A program made the translations under genes and the position numbers. Positions 11,036-23,988 of a DNA stretch of 64,000 nt are shown piece by piece. The stretch covers positions 72,726,001 through 72,790,000 of the forward strand of contig JBNRSN020000014.1 in assembly GCA_051313645.2 (NCBI GenBank). The letters run 5' to 3'. This DNA comes from Centroscyllium fabricii. Its lineage: Eukaryota. How positions within the stretch are numbered: the first letter of the stretch is position 1; every line of letters begins with the position of its first letter. The notes beneath the pieces are model-generated. The model searched no databases, was not told where the DNA came from, and saw only the letters and a program-made list of their open reading frames with translations.

Positions 11036-11345
11036 GGGCGGCACGGTAGCATAGTGGTTAGCACTGTTGCCTCACAGTGCCAGGGGCCCGGGTTCAAATC
11101 TGGTCTCTGGCGACTGTGTGGAGTTTGCACATTCTCCCCGTGTATGCATGGGTTTCCTCCGGGTACTCCGGTTTCCTCCCACCTTCCAAAGATGTGCGGG
11201 TTAGGTTGATTGGCCATGATAAATTGACCCTAAGTGTTAGGGGGATTAAATATGTGAGGTTACGGGGATAGGGGGGGATATGTTTCGGTGCAGGCTCGAT
11301 GGGCCGAAATGGCCTCTATCTGCACTGTAGCGATTCTATGATTCT
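11036..11345 (+). mobile_element. tRNA-derived V-SINE (HE1-like)
   Basis: Head GGGCGGCACGGTAGCATAGTGGTTAGCAC (A box), GGTTCAAATC (B box), V-domain TGTGGAGTTTGCACATTCTCCCC...GGTTTCCTCC. Confidence 0.9.
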
Positions 11346-11359
11346 TTGAAAGTAAATGT

Positions 11360-12690
11360 CAGTGAGAGTTTCACTCTGTATCTGACGAGTGTGAGTTTCA
11401 CCCTGTATCTGACAGTCTCTCATATGTGAGTGTGACTTTCACTCTGTATCTGACAGTCTCTGGTATGTGAGTGTGAGTTTCACTCTGTATCTGACAGTCT
11501 CTGGTATGTGTGTGTGGGTTTTATGCTGTTCCTGTCAAATTCTGTTGTAAGTGCAAGGGATTGATTCAGTGCCTGCCAGTTTCTGGGATGGGAGTGTGGA
11601 ATTTATTCTGCATCTGTAAGTCACTTGCTTGTGAGTAATGGCATTAATCTGTATCTGTACCATTCAGAGTCTGGAATGTGAATGTGGATTTCACTCCGTA
11701 CCTGTCAGTCTCTGGGATTTTATTCTGTATCTGTCAGCTTCTGGTGTGTGAATGTGGATTTCACTCAAACTTTCTGTCTCTTGTATATGAGTGTGGTATT
11801 ACCCAAGTAAATGTCAGTTTCTAGTACATGAGTGGGGTTTTATGCTGTACCTGTCAGTTTCTGTTATAGACATAGAACATAGAAGATAGGAGCAGGAGTA
11901 GGCCATTCGGCCCTTCGAGCCTGCTCCGCCATTCAATGAGATCATGGCTGATCATCCAAACCCAGTAACCCGCCCCTGCCCTCTCCCCATATCCCTCGAT
12001 CCCTATTGAACCTCCATCGACACATATCCCACCCTATCCCCGTAACCCCACATATTGAATCCCCCTAACACTAAGGGTCAATTTATCCTGGCCAATCAAC
12101 CTATCCCGCACATCTTTGGACTGTGGGAGGAAACCGGAGCACTCGGAGGAAACCCACGCAGACACGGGGAGAATGTGCAAACTCCACACAGATAGTACCC
12201 GAGGCTCGATTTGAACCCGGGTCTCCAGTGCTGTGAGACATCAGTGCTAACCACTGTGCCACCGTGCCGCCCTAAAGGTTTTAAACTGTGGCTGGCTGTT
12301 TCTGGTATGGGAGTGTGGATTTTAGGCTGTATCTGCCAGTCTATGCATGTGAGTGTGGGTTTCACCCTGCACCTGTCAGTCTCTGGGATGTGAGTGTGAG
12401 TTTCACTCTGTATCTCTCAGTCTCTTTCAAGTGAGTGTTGATTTTATCTGCAGCTGTCAACCTAGTATGTGAGTGTGGGTTTTCCTCTATAGCTATCGGT
12501 CGCTCAGATGTGTGTGTGGATTTCACTCTAACTCAGTTTCTAGTACATAGATGTCGAGTTTTGTCTCTTCCTGCCAGTTTCTGCTGTGAGTTCGACTTCA
12601 CTTTGTACCTGTCCGTCTCTGCTTTGTGAGTGTGGGATTGATTCTGTATCTGTTAGACTGGGAAAGTATGTGAGTGTGAGAATCATTGTG
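11360..12690 (-). repeat. Diverged 40-41 bp satellite (same family as 40030-46490), split by a SINE
   Basis: Repeated TCTGGTATGTGAGTGTGAGTTTCACTCTGTATCTGACAGTC units. Confidence 0.85.
11868..12272 (-). mobile_element. V-SINE (HE1-like) with CR1-type tail
   Basis: Reverse complement of tRNA head, V domain and CR1 3' tail. Confidence 0.92.
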
Positions 12691-13246
12691 TAATTGATCA
12701 TCTCTTGTAATGTACTATTCTTGCTCTGTGTGACGGCTGGGTACTGTTCCTTCTCCACCTTGTGTCGGACAATGCTAGTTTGAGATTATCTGTGACTGTC
12801 TCAGGAAGAGATTTAGTTCACTCCATTACCTACGATTCTCTGGTCTTGTCAGTTAGTTGTTTGGTTTGGTAGTCTGTGGACAGCTAGCAGTGCGGATTGA
12901 CACCTTATTAGTGTCTATCTGTTTGTGTGTACGGGAGTGAAAATGGATCTGCCTGTCAGTAGGAGATATTTGCTTTTGAAACAAAACCTTATTCTACTGC
13001 TGCAAGTGACTGTGGGATTCATAATGGAACTCTGGGAATTTGGATCACTGTGGGACTGACTGCTTCTGCTGCCAATGATAATCGGATTGAGGCCAGTTCT
13101 GTGTCTCTGTGAGTGATAATGTACTTACTGTGTGTGAGAAGGAGCTGCCTGCACTGTTCCTTGTGTTCCGGGTCCAGGAAAGATCACATTTATTCTGGCT
13201 CATTTAAATGTTTTGCTATGAGAATAATAAGAGAACAATATTAATT

Positions 13247-13651
13247 ACATAGAAACATAGAAGATAGGAGCAGGAGTAGGCCATTCGGCACTTCGAGCCT
13301 GCTCCGCCATTCAATGAGATCATGGCTGATCATCCAAACCAAGTACCCTACCCTGCCTTGTCCCCATATCCCTCGATCCCTATCGAGCCTGCACCGACAC
13401 ATATCCCACCCTATCCCTGTAACCCCACATATTAAATACCGCTAACACACTAAGGGTCAATTTATCATGGCCAATCAACCTAACCTGCACATCTTTGGAC
13501 TGTGGGAGGAAACCGGAGCACCCGGAGGAAACCCACGCAGACACGGGGAGAATGTGCAAACTCCACACAGATAGTACCCGAGGCTGGATTTGAACCTGGG
13601 TCCCTAGTGCTGTAAGGCATCAGTGCTAACCACTATGCCACCGTGCCGCCC
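13247..13651 (-). mobile_element. V-SINE (HE1-like) with CR1-type tail
   Basis: Same structure as 11868-12272. Confidence 0.92.
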
Positions 13652-13734
13652 CCCATTACAAGAGATTGACAGGTGCTGGGAGAATATAAAAATAAAGTTC
13701 AAATTAGTGTGTATGTTTATAATAAAGTAAAGTT

Positions 13735-14232
13735 AGGGTCCTGCAAATCCATTGGCAGGATAGGCACACCAACGTCAATGTTGTTGCTCAGGCCAACATC
13801 CCCAGCATCGAAGCTTTGACCATGCTCGGTCAGCTCCGATGGATGGGTCACATTGTCCGCATGCCCGATACAAGACTCCCAAAACAAGCGCTCTACTCAG
13901 AGCTCCGGTACGTCAAGAGAGCCCCGGGTGGGCAGAGGAAACACTTCAAGGACACCCTCAAAGCCTACTTGAAAAAGTGTAACATCCCCACCGACACCTG
14001 GGAATCCCTGGCCCAAGACCGCACAAAGTGGAGGAGAAGCATCTGGGAAGGCGCCGAACACCTCGAGTCTCTTCGCCAGGAGCAAGCAGAAGCCAAGCGC
14101 TGGCAGCGCAAGGTGAGCATGTCAACCCAAGTACCCCATCCAGCCACCCGTTCAACCACCATCTGCCCCACCTGTGACAGAGACTGTCGGTTCCGCATTG
14201 GACTCATCAGTCACCTGAGAACTCATTTTTAA
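13735..14232 (+). mobile_element. RTE-clade (BovB-like) LINE 3' fragment
   Basis: QLRWMGHIVRMPDTRLPKQALYSEL...GGQRKHFKDTLK...CPTCDRDC...GLISHLRTH. Confidence 0.85.
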
Positions 14233-14394
14233 TGTGAGACATAGTTCTTAGAGTTGGTGGTGTCGGGGGATATGGGGACAGGGTAGGAGGGGGTGATGAG
14301 TTTGGCTGATCAGCCATGATCTAATCAAAAATGGCAGAGCAGCCTCGAAGGGCCAAATGGCCTACTCCTGCGTTTCTGTGACTTGTCATGTTCT

Positions 14395-14875
14395 CTGGAC
14401 GGTGACAAATGGAATTCAATCTGGAGAAGTGTGAAGTAATGCATTTGGGGAGGGCCAACACAACAAATGGTAGGACACTGAGAAGTGCAGAGGATCACAG
14501 GGACCTTGGAGTGCATGTCCACAAATCCCTGAAGGTAGCAGGAAAGGTAGATAAGGTAGTTAAGAAGGCATACGGGATACTTTGCTTTCTTCACTGAGGA
14601 ATAGAATATAAGAGCAGAGAGATATGCTGGAACTCTATCAAACACTAGTTAGGCCACAGCTGGAGTACTGTGTAGAGTTATGGTCACCAGATTACAGGAA
14701 GGTTGTGATTGCACTCGTGAGGGTGAGAGAGCATATGACCACATTAGTTGCCATGACTGGAGAATTTTAGCTGTGAGGAATTATTGGATAGGCTGGAGTT
14801 TTCTTTGGAACAGAGGAGGCTGAGGGGGGATTTAATTGAGGTGTATAAAATGTTAAAGGGCCTAGATAGACTGGA
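14395..14875 (+). mobile_element. CR1 LINE fragment
   Basis: MEFNLEKCEVMHLGR...RDLGV and RRLRGDLIEVYK. Confidence 0.85.
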
Positions 14876-15770
14876 TAAGAACATAAGAGTTAGGAGCAGG
14901 AGTCGGTCATTCGAGCTTGCTCCGCCATTCAATGAGATCATGGCTGATCATCTGCCTCACCTCCATTCACTGGCCGGCCCTATCGCCATATTCCTTGATG
15001 CCCTTACTGGTCAGAAATCTATCAAATTCTGTTTTGAATATACTCAATGACTGAGCATCCAACGCCCTCTGGGGTAGAGAATTCCAAAGATTCACCACCC
15101 TCTGTGTGAAGAAATTTCATCCCATCTCAGTCCTGAATGGCCTACCCTTTATCCTGAGGCTGTGGCTTCTGGTTCTAGACTCCCCAGCCAAGAGAAACAT
15201 TTTCCCAGCATCCACCCTATCAAGCCCTTTTATAATTCTGTATGCTTCAGTGAGATCCCCTCTCATTCTTCTGAATTCAAGAGAATACAGGCCTAGTTTA
15301 CTCAATCTCTTCTCATACGACAGTCCTGCCATCCCAGCAATCAATCTTGTGAACCTTCGTTGCACTCCCTCTATGGCAAGTATATCTTTCATTAGCTAAT
15401 GAGAACAACATTGTACACAGTACACCAGATGTGGGCTCACCAAGCCCCTATATAATTGGAGTAAGACTTCTTTACTCCAGTCCTCAAATCCTCTTGTAAT
15501 GAAGGCCAGCTTACCATTTGCCTTCCTAATAGTTTGCTGCACCTGCACATTCACTTTCAGTGGCTCATGTACAAGGACATCCAGGTCCCTTTGAGCATCT
15601 ACATTCCACAATCTTTCACCATTTAGGAATTACTCTGCCTTTCTGTTTTTCTACCAAAGTGCATATATTCACGTTTAACAACATTATATTCCATCTACCA
15701 TGGTCTCGCCCACTCGCTGAGCCTGTCGAGATCCCCTCGAAGCCTCTTCACACCCTCTTCAGAACTGACA
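14876..15770 (-). mobile_element. CR1 LINE 3' fragment
   Basis: EGVQRRFTRLI...RRMRGDLTE and CR1 tail. Confidence 0.88.
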
Positions 15771-15904
15771 CTGTAATATCAGGATAGATGCTGAACTTCT
15801 CAGTTTTCGGTCTATTGAGACCGAGTTCAGGGCATGTTTGGTGAACAGAATGTCTCACTATTTCTGTGAATAATACTATAATCTAAAAGCGGGCTAGGAT
15901 CGAC

Positions 15905-16340
15905 ACAGCCAAACTGTGACACGTTCCTGCCCCTAAATCTCGGTAACAGAGAGTGCGTGGACCGTTTGGCTCAGAGTGCGATGTTTAAGACTGATACTGT
16001 CGCTCTGTCTCTGTCTCTATCTCTCTGGGTGTTGAGAGTGGAATGCACAGGACACCAGTTTGTCTGTTCTGCTCCTCAGTTTCGGAGGAGAGAGAGACAG
16101 AGAGAGGCTGGAGGGGCGGTGAGCTCATCATTTCTATTTTCATATAAGTCAAACCTACTTCTTCCTGCGAACAAGATTATACCTTCAAAACAGATGTGGG
16201 TGAATTTAGCCAGAGCGGTGATTGGCTCCAGTCCCTGAATCTGGGGAACAGACACTGTGAGGAGCGCCGGCCGGCCTCAGAGTGTTTAACACTGACTGAG
16301 CTGGGAAACTGCAACTAACCCCGAGAATCGGCAGCACACA
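15905..16340 (+). repeat. Dispersed copy of non-coding module also at ~20350-20750 and inverted at ~58105-58380 plus ~60995-61125
   Basis: Shared sequence, e.g. GCCAGAGCGGTGATTGGCTCCAGTCCCTGAATC...GAGCGCCGGCCGGCCTCAGAG. Confidence 0.85.
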
Positions 16341-16690
16341 GTAAGACACACACTCACATACCAGAGACAAACATATACAGAGTAAAACCCACACTCACAT
16401 ACCAGAGACTAAAAGATACAGAGTAAGACACACACTCACATACCAGAGACTAACATATACAGAATAAAACCCACACTCACATACCAGAGACGAAAAGATA
16501 CAGAGTAAGACACACACTCACATACCAGAGACTAACAGATACAGAGTAAAACACACACTCACATACCAGAGACTAAGAGATACAGAGTAAAATCCACACT
16601 CACATACAAGAAACTAACAGATACAGAGTAAAACACACACTCGCATACCAGAGACTAAGAGATACAAAGTAAAACACAGACTCATATACC
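16340..16690 (+). repeat. 41-bp satellite block
   Basis: About 8 units of AGTAAAACCCACACTCACATACCAGAGACTAACAGATACAG. Confidence 0.92.
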
Positions 16691-16696
16691 AGGGGA

Positions 16697-19600
16697 TGTA
16701 ATAAATTAGTCTGTTCCATCAATAACTCTAAAGTAAAGTTTTAATCCACTATATTGTCACTATTTACAAAGGTGGGTTTTAACATGCTTCCAGATGAAGC
16801 ATCCACCCCATACTGAGCAGTTCCAGTGTTTATACTATCTGGGCACAGGAAGTGACATGTACAGAGTTCACCATTCAACCTTCCCCCAGAAGTGTGTTCA
16901 ACATTACCACATTCTTCCCTCCTACAAAATTAGAAGGTGGGAATCTTCTTTTTATTCCGGAGTAGCCGAACAAGGAGGAGTCACACCCGTTTGAGTTCTC
17001 ATTGCTGGGTTGATGGTCCCTCCCTATGGAGAATGACTGGGTCTCTGGACTGCTTACATTCTGTTGATCACTGGTCGGAACCTGCATGGCCTGGATTACC
17101 CTGTGAAGGGTCGGGGAGATCATGGCTCCACGTACGAGCTCCAATTGGTCAGAGCTGGTCTGTCCTTGGTCAGGGGGAGGCAGAGAGCTGTTCTGCGGCA
17201 ATTGGCACTTTGGCGTGAGGCACCGGGAGAATCATGACTCCATGTGCGAGCCCCCATGGGCTCAGAGTCGGTTGGTGTCTGGTCAGTCTCCTGGAAAGAG
17301 GTACTTGGTGGGTCGTAACTTTGAGTGTGGGATTCTACTGGTACAAAGCTAGTTGGTGTCTGATGAGGGTCCTGGAGAGTGGTACCCGGTGAGTCCCTAG
17401 AGGCCCATGGAAGGATATTATCACATGCTGTCCCTCTGGGTCCTGGTGGGCAGTGTGCCAGGTCCTGTAATGATACGGTAGACTCTTGACCGTTGGGCTA
17501 TCGGATGTAGGCATAGGTAGTGTGGACATCGGTTAGTTCGACCTTGTCCATGAGAGGCTCATTTTTAAATGTCCGAACGTATCTTTGGTGCAGTATGGGT
17601 CCAGGAGTAGTTAGCCATGACGGAAGAGATGCCCCATAAGATGAGTGATGCTGGAACCTAAAGAACTGTTCCTGAGGTGTTATATTTGTGGCTGTAGCAA
17701 GAAGGGACCATATCGAGTTCAGTGCATCTGGAAGCACTGCTTCCCAGTGCTGGTTTGGTAGGCCCTGAGATCTTAAATCAAGACATATGGAATTCCAGAT
17801 GATTCCGTTATATCTCACTACCTGTCCATTTCCGATGGGATGGTATGGAGTTGTTTTGCTTGTCGCAATTCCCTGTTCTGAGAGGTAGTCCTTGAGTTCG
17901 CTTGACATAAAAAATGGTCCCCAATCTGAGTGAATATAGGCTGCCATGCCAGAGAGAGAAAAAACTTGCTGAAGGCAGTTGATTACTGTGGATGCCCGCA
18001 TATTGGAGCAGGTGAAGGCAAACATAAATCATGAGCATTCATCAATCATGGTGAGCAAATATATGTTCCGTGTTGAAGAGGGCAATGGACCCTTGAAGTT
18101 GACGCTAAGTTGTTGTATTGGTTGGGTTGCATGTATGAGCGCACCATCTGAGGGGCGGAAGAACTGAGGTTTCAATTCTGCACAAATTTGTCATTCAGAG
18201 CACATTTTCTTAATATCTCCAGTAGAAAATGGGAGATTCCATGATCGCACGAAATGTAGCATGCAAGTCACACCAGGATGGCACAATCCATCATGGGTAT
18301 CCATGAGAGTAGAGAATGAAATCGCAGAGCAGAATGTTCATGTGAGGTTATTCAGGGCCACATTCACCTTGCCAGCTCGATAGTGAATGGTGTAACCAAA
18401 AGAGGCCAATTCCATCCTCCAAAGCTGTATTTTATTGTTCTTAATTTTAGTTTGCTTTTGATTATCGAGCATGAAGGTGACTGATCGCTGGTCCGTGATT
18501 AATGTTAAGTGCCGGCAAGATAGGAAATGGTTCCACTTCCGTACCACCTCTATGATGGCTTTGGCTTCCTTCTCAACTGGAGGATAATGTATCTCGGCAC
18601 CTTGTAAGGTTCTGGACATAAATGCTGCAGGACGGCCTTCCTGATTTAGAGCAGCCGAGATCGCCACCTCCGAGCCATCACATTCGACTATGAATGTGAG
18701 GTTCCCGTTGATGGAGTGAAGAGTCGCTTTCTTGAATTGTTTTTTGTGAACGTTAAAGGCTTCAACAGCCACTGTTTCCAACTGAATTGTTCTAGCATTC
18801 AGCAAGTGTTATAGAAACATAGAAACATAGGGTTGAATCTTACCTGAAAAATTAGAAATCAATTTAGCGTAGTATACAAACAGACCGAGGGCCAGACATA
18901 AAGAAGCCGGATTTTTAGGTGGACGGAGCTCCTGGAGTGGGCAAAGTCTTTCTGGGTCTGGTTTAATGATACCATTGCCTATGCAGTAGCCAAGAATGTT
19001 GATGGTCGGTTGCGATTCCACAGATTTGGATTCATTTAAAGTTATGTTACGGTATTGGAGAGCATCCCGAAACCTTCGGAGATTGGCATCATGTTGCTGC
19101 TGGTCATGGCCTGCAACAGTAATGTTATCAAGATAGGGAAAAGTGTCCCTCAGGATTTCCTGCTTAAGTTACATACAATTTCGTACAATAAAGTACATTT
19201 CAGATGCGCAGATACTGGAGTTTTTTGTTAGAGTTCAGGACACTGACAGCCCTGGGGAAGAAGCTGTTCTTGAAACTGGTCGTGTGGGTGCGGATTGATC
19301 TGTAGCATCTCCCGGATTGCAGGGGGGCGAACAGTCTGCGGCTGGGGTGTGTGGTGTCTTTAATGATGTTCAGAGACCTCCGTAGGCAACGTTTGAGGTA
19401 GGTGCATTCGATTGACAGTAGCTGGGTGCCGGTGATTCGTTGGGCAGTTTTGACTACCCACTGCAGGGCCATCCGGTCCGAGATGGTGCAGTTCCCATAC
19501 CAGACTGTGATGCAGTTTGTCAGTATGCTTTCGATTGTGCAGCGGTAGAAGTTGCTGAGGATGCCGGATGACAGCTTGGCTTTTTTCAGCTTCCTTAGGA

Positions 19601-20188
19601 AGTACAGGCGCTGTTGGGACTTCTTAATCAGAGAGGAGGTGTTTAGTGACCAGGAGAGGTCTTCTGAGATGTAGACCCTGAGGAACTTGAAGCTGGACAC
19701 CCTTTCTGCCTCAGCCCCTTGGATGAAGATGGGGATGTCTTCTGCTTTTAGTCTTCTGGAAGTCCACTATGATCTCCTTGGTTTTCTTGGTGTTCAGTAC
19801 CAGGTTGTTATCGGCACACCATCCCACAAGGCGCTGAATCTCATCCCTGTAGGCTGACTCATCATTGTTGGTGATCTGGCCAACCACCGTGGTGTCGTCC
19901 ACAAACTTGATGATCGTGTTGGAGCCGTGGACAGCCGCGCAGTCGTGGGTGAAGAGGGAGTAGAGGAGGGGGCTCAGCACACAGCCTTGTATAAATGAGA
20001 CGTATACATCAATAACTCTGAGGTAAAGTTGTAATCTACTATATTGTCACTATTTTCAAAGGTGGGTTTTACCATGCTTCCAGATGAAGCATCCACCCCA
20101 TACTGAGCAGTTCCAGTATTTATACTATCTGGGCACAGGAAGTGAAATGTACAGAGTTCACCATTCAACCTTTCCCAATATCACTACA
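16697..20188 (-). mobile_element. Degenerate Gypsy element D (diverged LTRs ~16697-16911 and ~19990-20188; RT end, RNase H, integrase)
   Basis: Repeat 16718-16882 = 20007-20172; PPT next to 16911; pol motifs VEKEAKAII, LITDQRS, IHSDWG, NGQV; gag and most RT replaced by a LINE. Confidence 0.85.
19180..19990 (-). mobile_element. Rex1/Babar LINE 3' fragment
   Basis: GCVLSPLLYSLFTHDC...KFVDDTTVVG...QQRLYFLRKL...FKNSFFPRAV. Confidence 0.88.
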
Positions 20189-20199
20189 ACAGGGACCAA

Positions 20200-20350
20200 A
20201 AAATACAGAGTAAAACCCACACTCACATACCAGAGACTAACAGATATAGAGTAAAACACACACTCACATACCAGAGACTAACGGACACAGAGTAAAACCC
20301 AAACTCACATACCAGAGACTAACAGACACAGAGCAAAACCCACATTCACA
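20200..20350 (+). repeat. Short 41-bp satellite block
   Basis: 3-4 units of the CACTCACATACCAGAGACTAAC family. Confidence 0.85.
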
Positions 20351-21224
20351 GCTAAACTGTGAAACTTTCCTGCCCCGAAATCTCGGTAACAGAGAGTGCG
20401 TGGACCGTTTCAGACTGATACTGTCTCTCTCTCTGTCTCTCTGGGTATTGAGAGTGGAATGCACAGGACACCAGTTTCTCTGTTCTGTTTGGGAGGAGAG
20501 AGAGAGACAGGGAGAGGCTAGAGGGGCGGTGAGCTCATCATTTCTATTTTCATATAAATCAAACCTATTTCTGCCTTGCGAACAAGATAATACCTTCAAA
20601 GCAGATGTGGGTGAATATAGCCAGAGCGGTGATTGGCTCCAGTCCCTGAATCAGGGGAACAGACACTGTGAGGAGCGCCGGCCGGCCTCAGAGTGTTTAA
20701 CACGGTTTGAGCTGGGAAACTGCAACTAACCCCGAGAATCGGCAGCACAGGCCGAGCGGAGAGGAAAACCTGTCCTGGGAACGGTAAATCTGGGAGCAGA
20801 TTGTGCTGTGAATGAGCCAGAGTGAACATTGAGTCAGCGAGAGTGTGTTAAAGGGGCGGGCGGGTTAGACTCATGTCACTGTGTTTGTGTGTCCGCACTC
20901 ATCGCCGGATTTCAGAGACCGTCTTGTGTAAAATTAAAAGATTTCCCTGTCATAGGATCGCCCTGCACCCTTGCTCAGCCCCGAAGTGGGAATTATACGT
21001 GAAGTTTTATTTGATTTCCAACTTCAGCCGAAAAACAGCGACCATGCGGGCGATCGGGTGTGAGAGCGCGATCAGTGCAGCAATGAAACGGCTTCAAATG
21101 GAAATTGCTGCCTTGAATTGTGATGAAACTTTCTGGACAGCAAACATCCCGGTCTTGGAGACAGAAAGAGGCCAGTGTGGGAATGTGGAGTGTCCGAGTT
21201 GAATTGGAATAGGAGAGTTATTGA

Positions 21225-21310
21225 GGAGAGAGAAACACAGAGAGGCTGGAGGGGCCGGGAGCTGACAGCAGGATGTCTCCACCCCGTCCGCTCGCTGCCT
21301 TTAAGTTGCT
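21225..21310 (+). promoter_or_regulatory. H1 promoter (H1 box AAACACA, GC-rich element, TATA-like TTTAAG)
   Basis: AAACACA at 21233-21239 upstream of the H1 ATG. Confidence 0.55.
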
Positions 21311-21383
21311 CTGTGCCGCCACCTCTCGTTTCATTTCTGACCCAGCTTTGAGTGTCAGAGAGATTTTCAACAGAGTGGCGGAC

Positions 21384-22055
21384 ATGACTGAGACTGCAGC
21401 CGCCGAAACGGCTCCTCCTGCCGCCGCCGCTCAAACCAAGGCTTCCAGCAAGAAGCAGAAGGCGGCGGCTCCCCGCTCCAAGACAGCCGGGCCCAAGTTG
21501 GGCGAGCAGATCCTCCAGGTTGTGGAGAGTGGCAGCGATCGCAAGGGGATGTCGCTGGTCGCGATAAAGAAGGCTCTGGCTGCTAAGGGCGTCAATGTGC
21601 TCAAGTCAAGTTCCCAGATCAGGTTAAGTATTAAGAGGAAAGTGAGAAATGGCTCCCTGGAGCAGACCAAGGGCACGGGGGCCTCGGGCTCCTTCAGGCT
21701 CGCTAAGAATGAATCCCAGCGGAAAGAGGGAAAGAAAGTAAAGAAACCAGCAGCCAAGAAATCTGCAGTAAAGAAACCAGCAGCCAAGAAATCTGCAGTA
21801 AAGAAACCAGCAGCCAAGAAATCTGCAGTAAAGAAACCAGCAGCCAAGAAATCTCCAGCCAAGAAGCCAGCAGCCAAGAAATCTCCAGCCAAGAAACCAG
21901 CAGCCAAGAAATCTCCAGCCAAGAAACCAGCAGCCAAGAAATCTCCAGCCAAGAAAACCACGGGGGGAAAGGTCAAGGCGGCCAAGAAGGTGGAAAGACC
22001 CAAGGCCAAGCCCAAATCAGCAAAGTCTCAGAAAGCAGCGACCAAAAGAAAGTAA
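21384..22055 (+). CDS. H1: Linker histone H1, replication-dependent type (223 aa)
   Basis: [14 protein letters not shown]-terminus, globular domain ending [16 protein letters not shown]-rich tail, 3' stem-loop. Confidence 0.95.
   Translation: MTETAAAETAPPAAAAQTKASSKKQKAAAPRSKTAGPKLGEQILQVVESGSDRKGMSLVAIKKALAAKGVNVLKSSSQIRLSIKRKVRNGSLEQTKGTGASGSFRLAKNESQRKEGKKVKKPAAKKSAVKKPAAKKSAVKKPAAKKSAVKKPAAKKSPAKKPAAKKSPAKKPAAKKSPAKKPAAKKSPAKKTTGGKVKAAKKVERPKAKPKSAKSQKAATKRK
21735..21960 (+). repeat. 30-bp coding tandem repeat in H1 tail
   Basis: ([10 protein letters not shown])x3 then ([10 protein letters not shown])x4. Confidence 0.95.
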
Positions 22056-22086
22056 AAAGCACAACTTGTAAACATCTGAACCCAAA

Positions 22087-22102
22087 GGCTCTTTTCAGAG
22101 CC
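22087..22102 (+). terminator. Histone 3' stem-loop (H1)
   Basis: GGCTCTTTTCAGAGCC + ACCCA, downstream AAAGAGCTG HDE. Confidence 0.95.
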
Positions 22103-22877
22103 ACCCACGTCTTTCCCAAAAGAGCTGATCGCGGAATCAAATGATCCATGTCCCGGGGCCGGGCCCAGATTCCAGATTGAAATCATTTCAAATGAACCCA
22201 GTCTCCCTGGTGACTCGCTGCACCCACCCCTCACCCAGTGTCTGCAATAAAACACCGAGAATGGGATGTCCGGGCCGGGCCTCACTCTAACTGGGGCATT
22301 GTTCGGCTCCAGGCTCAGTTCAGGGCCATTTTCATCTCACAGGTTCCGGGTGAGAGTCTGTGAGACGGAGACACTGCCGGAGATAGCGCGCGTCACAACT
22401 CAAACCCCAACACATGAGATTCTCTAAATCTGATGGAATAAGGTGATTGTAAACTGCTGAACCCGTCTGTGAGGGAAGTGTGGGCGGTTGGAATAAGGTC
22501 AGAGATTGACATGGAAGGAGACGGGTTGACTTGTGATAGAAGGGACTGTATATAGGCGGGACTATTACTGATTGTTAATTGTAACAGGGCTTTATTTAAA
22601 CGATTCTGCTTTCAGGAAACCCTTGAATATGAAGTCCGAGTCTGTCAGGGTTTGTTCGGGTCTATTGTCGATAAACGGTTTGAAATTGGCGGTTGCAGAA
22701 AGCTGGAGGAGGAGCTGGACGATCAGAGGCCGCTCTCTGCTCTGTCTGTCACTCTTGGAACTGTCTCCTCCCCTCCCCGCCTCTCTCACTCTGCGCTTTC
22801 TCAGTCAGGTCGGAGTCGGCTGTATTTCAGAGCAGCCAGAAACAGTTCGTTTCTCATTCAGCAGAAGTTGTGACTGA

Positions 22878-23294
<417 letters not shown>

Positions 23295-23435
23295 TAGATT
23301 GTTCTGAATAATAGATTGTGGTCAGCAATATTATAACAGATTTGTGATATATTTGTAATTTTTGAATTTCGCTTCCGGTTGCAGCAGGTTTATGGAGAGT
23401 TAGTTGTGAGTGGGCTGGAGAGGAGAGGGAGAGGA

Positions 23436-23812
23436 ATAGAAACTAGGAGCAGGAGTAGGCCATTCGGCCCTTCGAGCCTGCTCCGCCATTCAATGAGATC
23501 ATGGCTGATCATCCAAACCCAGTACCCGACCCCTCTCCCCCGATTTCTATCGAGCCTGCACCGACACATATCCCACCCTATCCCGTAACCCCACATATTC
23601 AATCCCCCTAACACTAAGGGTCAATTTATCATGGCCAATCAACCTAACCCGCACATCTTTGGACTGTGGGAGGAAACCGGAGCACCCGGAGGAAACCCAC
23701 GCAGACACGGGGAGAATGTGCAAACTCCACACAGATAGTACCCGAGGCTGGATTTGAACCCGGGTCTCCAGTGCTGTGAGACAACAGTGCTAACCGCTGT
23801 GCCACCGTGCCG
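23436..23812 (-). mobile_element. V-SINE (HE1-like)
   Basis: Same family as 11868-12272. Confidence 0.92.
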
Positions 23813-23988
23813 TCGAGTGGAAGAGCCGGAGATTGGCGCGGCTCCCTTTCCCCGCTCCTGTCAGCATCAACAGCCCAGAGTGCGGGCAATGGGAAGGTCC
23901 CTAAAGCACCAAGCCCAGGAAGGGACATTTGAAACCTTCAATGATTCTGGTAATGATCAGTTCAATATTTGCAGAATAAAATCGATTC

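Noticed and set aside
11036-11110. Possible tRNA genes (also at 12200, 13580, 23740, 23989)
   Set aside because: They are tRNA-derived SINE heads continuous with the V domain and LINE tail
12700-13240. Apparently unique segment as a possible host exon
   Set aside because: No convincing ORF or recognisable homology by eye
16692-20193. TSD for Gypsy D
   Set aside because: The flanks (GGGGA vs ACAGG) do not match, so the two LTRs may not come from one insertion
21273-21383. N-terminal extension of H1 in the ORF track
   Set aside because: It starts upstream of the TATA-like box; the homologous start is 21384
21431-22015. 194-aa antisense ORF with FLAAG repeats
   Set aside because: Shadow of the H1 repeat on the opposite strand
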